Position numbers and translations under genes: made by a program
Source of the DNA: an uncultured Nitrospinota bacterium
Lineage (GTDB): Bacteria > Nitrospinota_A > UBA7883 > JAJRTC01
NCBI GenBank assembly: GCA_964395915.1
Contig: CAYNDB010000030.1
Span: 1-22,299, forward strand
DNA: 22,299 nt
Direction of reading: 5' to 3'
Part shown: one piece after another, positions 18,780 through 22,299 of the stretch
Numbering within the stretch: position 1 is the stretch's first letter
Layout: each line of letters starts with the position of its first letter
Notes under the pieces: generated by a model
Databases searched by the model: none
Told to the model about the DNA's origin: nothing
What the model saw: only the letters and a program-made list of their open reading frames with translations

Positions 18780-20024
18780 CTAATGTTTTTCTTTATGTTC
18801 ACGCAGCTCATCTATCATGCGGATAAGTTCAAGCTTGTTACGCGCGAGTTCGTAGAAACCATGCCATTGCGCATAATCAGCGCCCATCATAAAGACTCCA
18901 TGACGCGCCCTGCGGCCTTCATGGTGCCAATATTCAAAGAACTTGAACTCCAGCTCCTCGTCAAACTTCTCCTTTGTCAGAAGACCGTCCTCGTAAAGCT
19001 TGTCCATCTTCTCTTTTATCGGGTCGTAGAACTTTTCGTTGTATAGCTTCACAGCGTCGTCCGCCTGTTTGTAAAAACCTTTCACCCAGTTAATCGAGTG
19101 ACAGTTCAGGCAGACCTCCTGCATCTCTTTACGGTTTTCTTCCCAGTTCTCGCGCGGGACGCTTCTCGGGCTGGAAAGTTTCCATGAAAGACGCAAGTTT
19201 ATATTGTGCGTCGCCTTGACCTTGCCGATGCCCGACATATGACAAGTGGCGCAGGTGGGAGCGCGATAATATTGGACATCCCAGTTGCTGCCGGCCACGT
19301 CCCAGTCCCATTCCTCCTTTTCACTTTGATAAATAACTCCATGCTTCGATTCGAGATAAATCTCGATCTGCGGATGATCCGGGCCGATGTGGCAGGTGCC
19401 GCATGTCTCCGGTTTACGCGCTTCGCCGATTGAAAATTTGTGACGTGTATGACAGGCGGTGCAAGACCCCTTGCTTCCGTCCGGGTTCACTCTTCCGATC
19501 CCCTGGTTTGGCCAGGAGCCGAACTTGAGCGTCCCGCCTGGCCCCATTTCCACTGTCGAGCCGTGACATTTTTCACACCCGACTATCGCCGCCTCTTTTC
19601 CTTCAATTGTGTAGCCGAGAACATTGTCCATAACTCGGCCTTCCGGCGTTTCTTTGCTTATGAAAGTGGCCGCCTTCGCGTGGTGGCTTTCCTCGAATTC
19701 GCGCACTTCCTGTGGATGACAGCGAGAGCAATCGCGCGGGCTTACAATGACGGAAATAAGCGCCCCCTCATGTTCCTGCGCGTCGACATCGGTTCTTTCG
19801 GCCTTGTGGCAGTCAAAACATGTCACACCGCCGCGCGCGTGTTGGCTCTTTTTCCAGTCATTAACGATACCGGGGGATTTTTTTTCATGACATGTCATGC
19901 ACCGTTCGGCGATTGCTTCCTCCTTGGCGCGGACAGAGCTTTTATCGGCAAAAGCAGTTTGGGCGAACCCTATTCCCAATGCAACAAGCATCACGCTAAA
20001 AAACACTTTTTTCTTCATTAACAA
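18780..20024 (-). CDS. Periplasmic octahaem c-type cytochrome, HAO/ONR-family-like (candidate nitrite/hydroxylamine oxidoreductase)
   Basis: Sec signal 'MLMKKKVFFSVMLVALGIGFAQTAFA'. Eight CXXCH motifs (CMTCH, CFDCH, CSRCH, CEKCH, CTACH, CGTCH, CATCH, CLNCH) sit in about 390 mature residues, with the closely spaced haem 5/6 pair and helical C-terminal tail seen in hydroxylamine-oxidoreductase-type octahaem proteins. It is too haem-dense and too short to be pentahaem NrfA. An AGGAG RBS precedes it. Confidence 0.7.
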   Translation of the reverse strand: MLMKKKVFFSVMLVALGIGFAQTAFADKSSVRAKEEAIAERCMTCHEKKSPGIVNDWKKSQHARGGVTCFDCHKAERTDVDAQEHEGALISVIVSPRDCSRCHPQEVREFEESHHAKAATFISKETPEGRVMDNVLGYTIEGKEAAIVGCEKCHGSTVEMGPGGTLKFGSWPNQGIGRVNPDGSKGSCTACHTRHKFSIGEARKPETCGTCHIGPDHPQIEIYLESKHGVIYQSEKEEWDWDVAGSNWDVQYYRAPTCATCHMSGIGKVKATHNINLRLSWKLSSPRSVPRENWEENRKEMQEVCLNCHSINWVKGFYKQADDAVKLYNEKFYDPIKEKMDKLYEDGLLTKEKFDEELEFKFFEYWHHEGRRARHGVFMMGADYAQWHGFYELARNKLELIRMIDELREHKEKH

Positions 20025-20057
20025 CGCTCCTTTATCTTAATTTCCAGCCAATACCGA

Positions 20058-20597
20058 TCAGCCGAAATACATTTTGTTTTTATGTACTATATTTCTGTGG
20101 CAATGTACGCACTTGCCTTTATCTCCCTCAAAACCTTTTGAGTGGGCCAAAAAGCCTCCACGCGGAAGCCCTGAAGGGAACGGGTTCTTGTGACACTTTA
20201 TGCACGAATCGTTCGTCATACTGTGACGGGACATTTCGGCCATTTCTTTTCTGTCCAGGTTTTCCGGATCGCCGAGATAGTGAACATAGGTATCGCGTAC
20301 GCCAAATATTGTCTTCGCTTTGAGCTTGGCCAAAAAACCGGTCGGCAAATGGCAATCGGAACATTCGGCTACGACACCTGTATTGTTGTCGTAGTGAGAC
20401 GATACTCTCCACTCACGAAACATTTCCTCCATCTCGTGGCAGTTGACCGTGCAAAAATCAACCGACGAGGTGAAATCAACCGACCAGGTAAGGACTAAGT
20501 AAAAGCCGCCAATAGCAAATGCCGTAAGAGCCGAAGTGATGGCGACTACTTTTGGATTAGCCTTTTTGAGGATTTTTTCGCCAGTTATTCTTACCAT
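20058..20597 (-). CDS. nrfH: NapC/NirT/NrfH-family membrane-anchored tetrahaem cytochrome c (quinol dehydrogenase)
   Basis: N-terminal TM anchor 'VVAITSALTAFAIGGFYLVL'. Four CXXCH motifs (CTVNCHEM with the NrfH-type CXXCHXM first haem; CSDCH, CIKCH, CVHCH). The start is 9 nt after the amt stop. Confidence 0.85.
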   Translation of the reverse strand: MVRITGEKILKKANPKVVAITSALTAFAIGGFYLVLTWSVDFTSSVDFCTVNCHEMEEMFREWRVSSHYDNNTGVVAECSDCHLPTGFLAKLKAKTIFGVRDTYVHYLGDPENLDRKEMAEMSRHSMTNDSCIKCHKNPFPSGLPRGGFLAHSKGFEGDKGKCVHCHRNIVHKNKMYFG

Positions 20598-20606
20598 AAT
20601 CCGCTC

Positions 20607-21914
20607 TTACCTGAAGGAGCCCAGCGAAGAATCTGGATAGGAGTTGGCTCCGTGCTCGCTAAAGTCGAGCCCATTATATTCGTCTTCAGCGGAGACCCTG
20701 AGACCGCTAAACCTGTCTATTGCCTTGAGCAGGACAAACGTTGTGGGAAAAACCCAGAGAAAACACGCCGCTATACCGATTAGCTGGACACCGATAATTT
20801 TCAGCGAAAACATTTCGGCGCTGTTGAAAAGCCCCACAGCCAGTGTTCCCCATGCTCCACAAACACCATGCACCGAAATGGCGCCGACAGGATCATCCAC
20901 TTTAAAGCGTTCGATTATCGGCACGAAAACCACCACAAGGACTCCCGCAACGGCGCCGGTTATGATCGCAAATAGTGGCGAGAGGCTGGCGCACCCTGCG
21001 GCAATGCCGACAAGGCCGGCCATCGCCCCGTTGAGACTTGTTCCCACGTCTGGCAGACCATACCGCATCCATGCCACTACCATTGCGACAACCGTTCCCG
21101 CCACTGCCGCAAGAGTGGTGTTTATGACAATCAACGCTATGTCGCCATCGCCGACCATCGCGTTTCCGGTATTGAAACCGTACCAGCCAAACCATAGAAT
21201 CATCACGCCAATGGCGGCGAGAGGAAGGTTGTGCCCCGGCAGCGCTTTTATGACGCCATCCTTGCCAAACTTGTCGTTGCGCGGGCCAATGGCGATCGCT
21301 CCCGCAAGAGCCGCCCATCCGCCGACACTGTGAACAACTGTGGAGCCGGCAAAATCAATGAAACCGAGGCTCTCAAGCCACCCGTTTCCATGATACATAC
21401 TTCCCCAGGCCCAGCTTCCGAAGACCGGATAAATAATCGCGGCGAGAGCGGCGGTATAGATAAGATGTGCGATAAACCGTGTTCTTTCCGCCATTGCGCC
21501 TGAAATAATAAGGGCGACAATTGAGCAGAACAGAAGCTGGAGCATCCAGAAAGAGTAGTGTTGATAGTCGCCATCATGGGCAAAGCCTGTGAGAAAAAAG
21601 CCATCAGAGCCAAACAGGCCGGAGCTGGATTCTCCGAACATCAGGCCAAAACCTATCGCCCAATACGCAAACGCCCCGATAGAAAACCCGATGATGGTTT
21701 TCATTATGACGTTCGACGCGTTTTTAGCCCGTGTAAGACCCGACTCCATCAACGTGAACCCCGCCAGCATGATAAAAACAAGACAGGCGGCGATGATCGT
21801 CCATATTGAATTCAGATGGTTCTGGACATCCAACGCATCTGGTATTTCCGCCGCAAACGCATTTTCAGCTATCGCCAAAAACGCAATACAAAATATAATT
21901 ATTCCGTTTTTCAT
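20607..21914 (-). CDS. amt: Ammonium transporter (Amt family) with a cleavable N-terminal signal peptide
   Basis: The 435-aa protein has the signal 'MKNGIIIFCIAFLAIAENAFAAE', then Amt core motifs ('DFAGSTVVHSVGGWAALAGAIAIGPR', 'SVHGVCGAWGTLAVGLF'). It is the first gene of the minus-strand cluster. Confidence 0.9.
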   Translation of the reverse strand: MKNGIIIFCIAFLAIAENAFAAEIPDALDVQNHLNSIWTIIAACLVFIMLAGFTLMESGLTRAKNASNVIMKTIIGFSIGAFAYWAIGFGLMFGESSSGLFGSDGFFLTGFAHDGDYQHYSFWMLQLLFCSIVALIISGAMAERTRFIAHLIYTAALAAIIYPVFGSWAWGSMYHGNGWLESLGFIDFAGSTVVHSVGGWAALAGAIAIGPRNDKFGKDGVIKALPGHNLPLAAIGVMILWFGWYGFNTGNAMVGDGDIALIVINTTLAAVAGTVVAMVVAWMRYGLPDVGTSLNGAMAGLVGIAAGCASLSPLFAIITGAVAGVLVVVFVPIIERFKVDDPVGAISVHGVCGAWGTLAVGLFNSAEMFSLKIIGVQLIGIAACFLWVFPTTFVLLKAIDRFSGLRVSAEDEYNGLDFSEHGANSYPDSSLGSFR

Positions 21915-22026
21915 AATAGATACACTTTAATTACGAGCGTTGTCTCCTGGTGAAATTCAAAAAACACACCAATCGAACATGTGGATTAACTAAAACTTCA
22001 AACAAAATGAAAGTTGAAACATTCAC

Positions 22027-22051
22027 GTATTACTTCAGCCAGAAGTAATAC
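22027..22051. promoter_or_regulatory. Perfect 10-bp inverted repeat GTATTACTTC-agcca-GAAGTAATAC in the predicted amt 5' leader
   Basis: Read directly from the sequence. It lies between the sigma-54 element and the amt start codon, so it would be transcribed as a stable 10-bp stem-loop or act as a DNA operator for a dimeric regulator. A second inverted repeat, GATCCA-N16-TGGATC, follows at 22053-22080. Confidence 0.4.
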
Positions 22052-22106
22052 CGATCCAAACCGTAACTTTTATCTGGATCACTCTCCCCATAGATGACCA
22101 TGTAAG

Positions 22107-22123
22107 AGCAATATGTTTGCCAA
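22107..22123 (-). promoter_or_regulatory. Sigma-54 (RpoN) -24/-12 promoter candidate, about 180 nt upstream of amt
   Basis: The minus strand reads TTGGCAAACATATTGCT, i.e. TGGCAA-N5-TTGCT. This is GG-N10-GC with a near-perfect match to TGGCAC-N5-TTGCA. It is correctly oriented for the amt/nrfH/octahaem/flotillin/glnK/amtB transcription unit. Coordinates may be off by 1-2 nt. Confidence 0.6.
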
Positions 22124-22171
22124 AACGCAACTCATTGAATATGAAGGTGTTATTATTAACGCGGCAAATCG

Positions 22172-22210
22172 GACGCCTATATATTAGGCGTCAAAAGTGG
22201 AGGACGCCTA
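22172..22210. promoter_or_regulatory. Enhancer/UAS-like triple motif GACGCCTA-TATAT-TAGGCGTC-AAAAGTGGAG-GACGCCTA, about 50-90 bp upstream of the sigma-54 -24 element
   Basis: Read directly from the sequence: a perfect 8-bp inverted repeat with a 5-bp AT spacer, plus a third direct copy 10 bp further on. Position and geometry fit a dimeric bacterial enhancer-binding-protein site. It is not the NtrC consensus TGCACC-N5-GGTGCA. Confidence 0.5.
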
Positions 22211-22299
22211 AACTTTGCGCAAAAAATAGGCTTAATTTATGGAATTGCTTGGGATGGAACCGCTGCCTGTGAAAATCAAGATTTTCTTTTACAGAAAGG

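Noticed and set aside
20644-21333. 229-aa plus-strand ORF and 138-aa minus-strand ORF (20902-21318) overlapping the signal-peptide amt gene
   Set aside because: They are antisense or out of frame within a strongly supported Amt gene, with Pro/Arg/Ala-rich compositional artefacts.

Overview
The window is a Gram-negative chromosomal segment of about 22.3 kb with three parts. (1) Bases 1-8900 are housekeeping. They hold a partial MBL-fold hydrolase gene, a minus-strand lipoprotein gene and a TPR lipoprotein gene, a DciA/DUF721-like gene, and a plus-strand glycine-cleavage operon preceded by and translationally coupled to a yjbQ-family gene (yjbQ-gcvT-gcvH-gcvPA-gcvPB). (2) Bases 8900-15200 hold a tRNA-Glu(CUC), a stand-alone REC/HD-GYP response regulator, and a di-haem cytochrome c peroxidase gene whose stop overlaps the start (ATGA) of a large periplasmic-sensing PAS-GAF-PAS hybrid histidine kinase. 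(3) Bases 15266-21914 on the minus strand are a tightly spaced six-gene cluster: a signal-peptide Amt ammonium transporter, an NrfH/NapC-type tetrahaem quinol dehydrogenase, an octahaem (8x CXXCH) HAO/ONR-like cytochrome c, a flotillin/SPFH (YqiK-like) protein, the PII protein GlnK, and an AmtB-type transporter. A near-consensus sigma-54 -24/-12 element precedes the cluster, with a triple GACGCCTA palindromic enhancer-like site upstream of it. The most interesting feature is the respiratory-type octahaem/NrfH module inserted into an otherwise classical nitrogen-regulated glnK-amt locus; it may be an undescribed periplasmic nitrite/hydroxylamine-to-ammonium assimilatory (or detoxifying) system. 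Hand-derived coordinates of non-ORF elements may be off by 1-2 nt.
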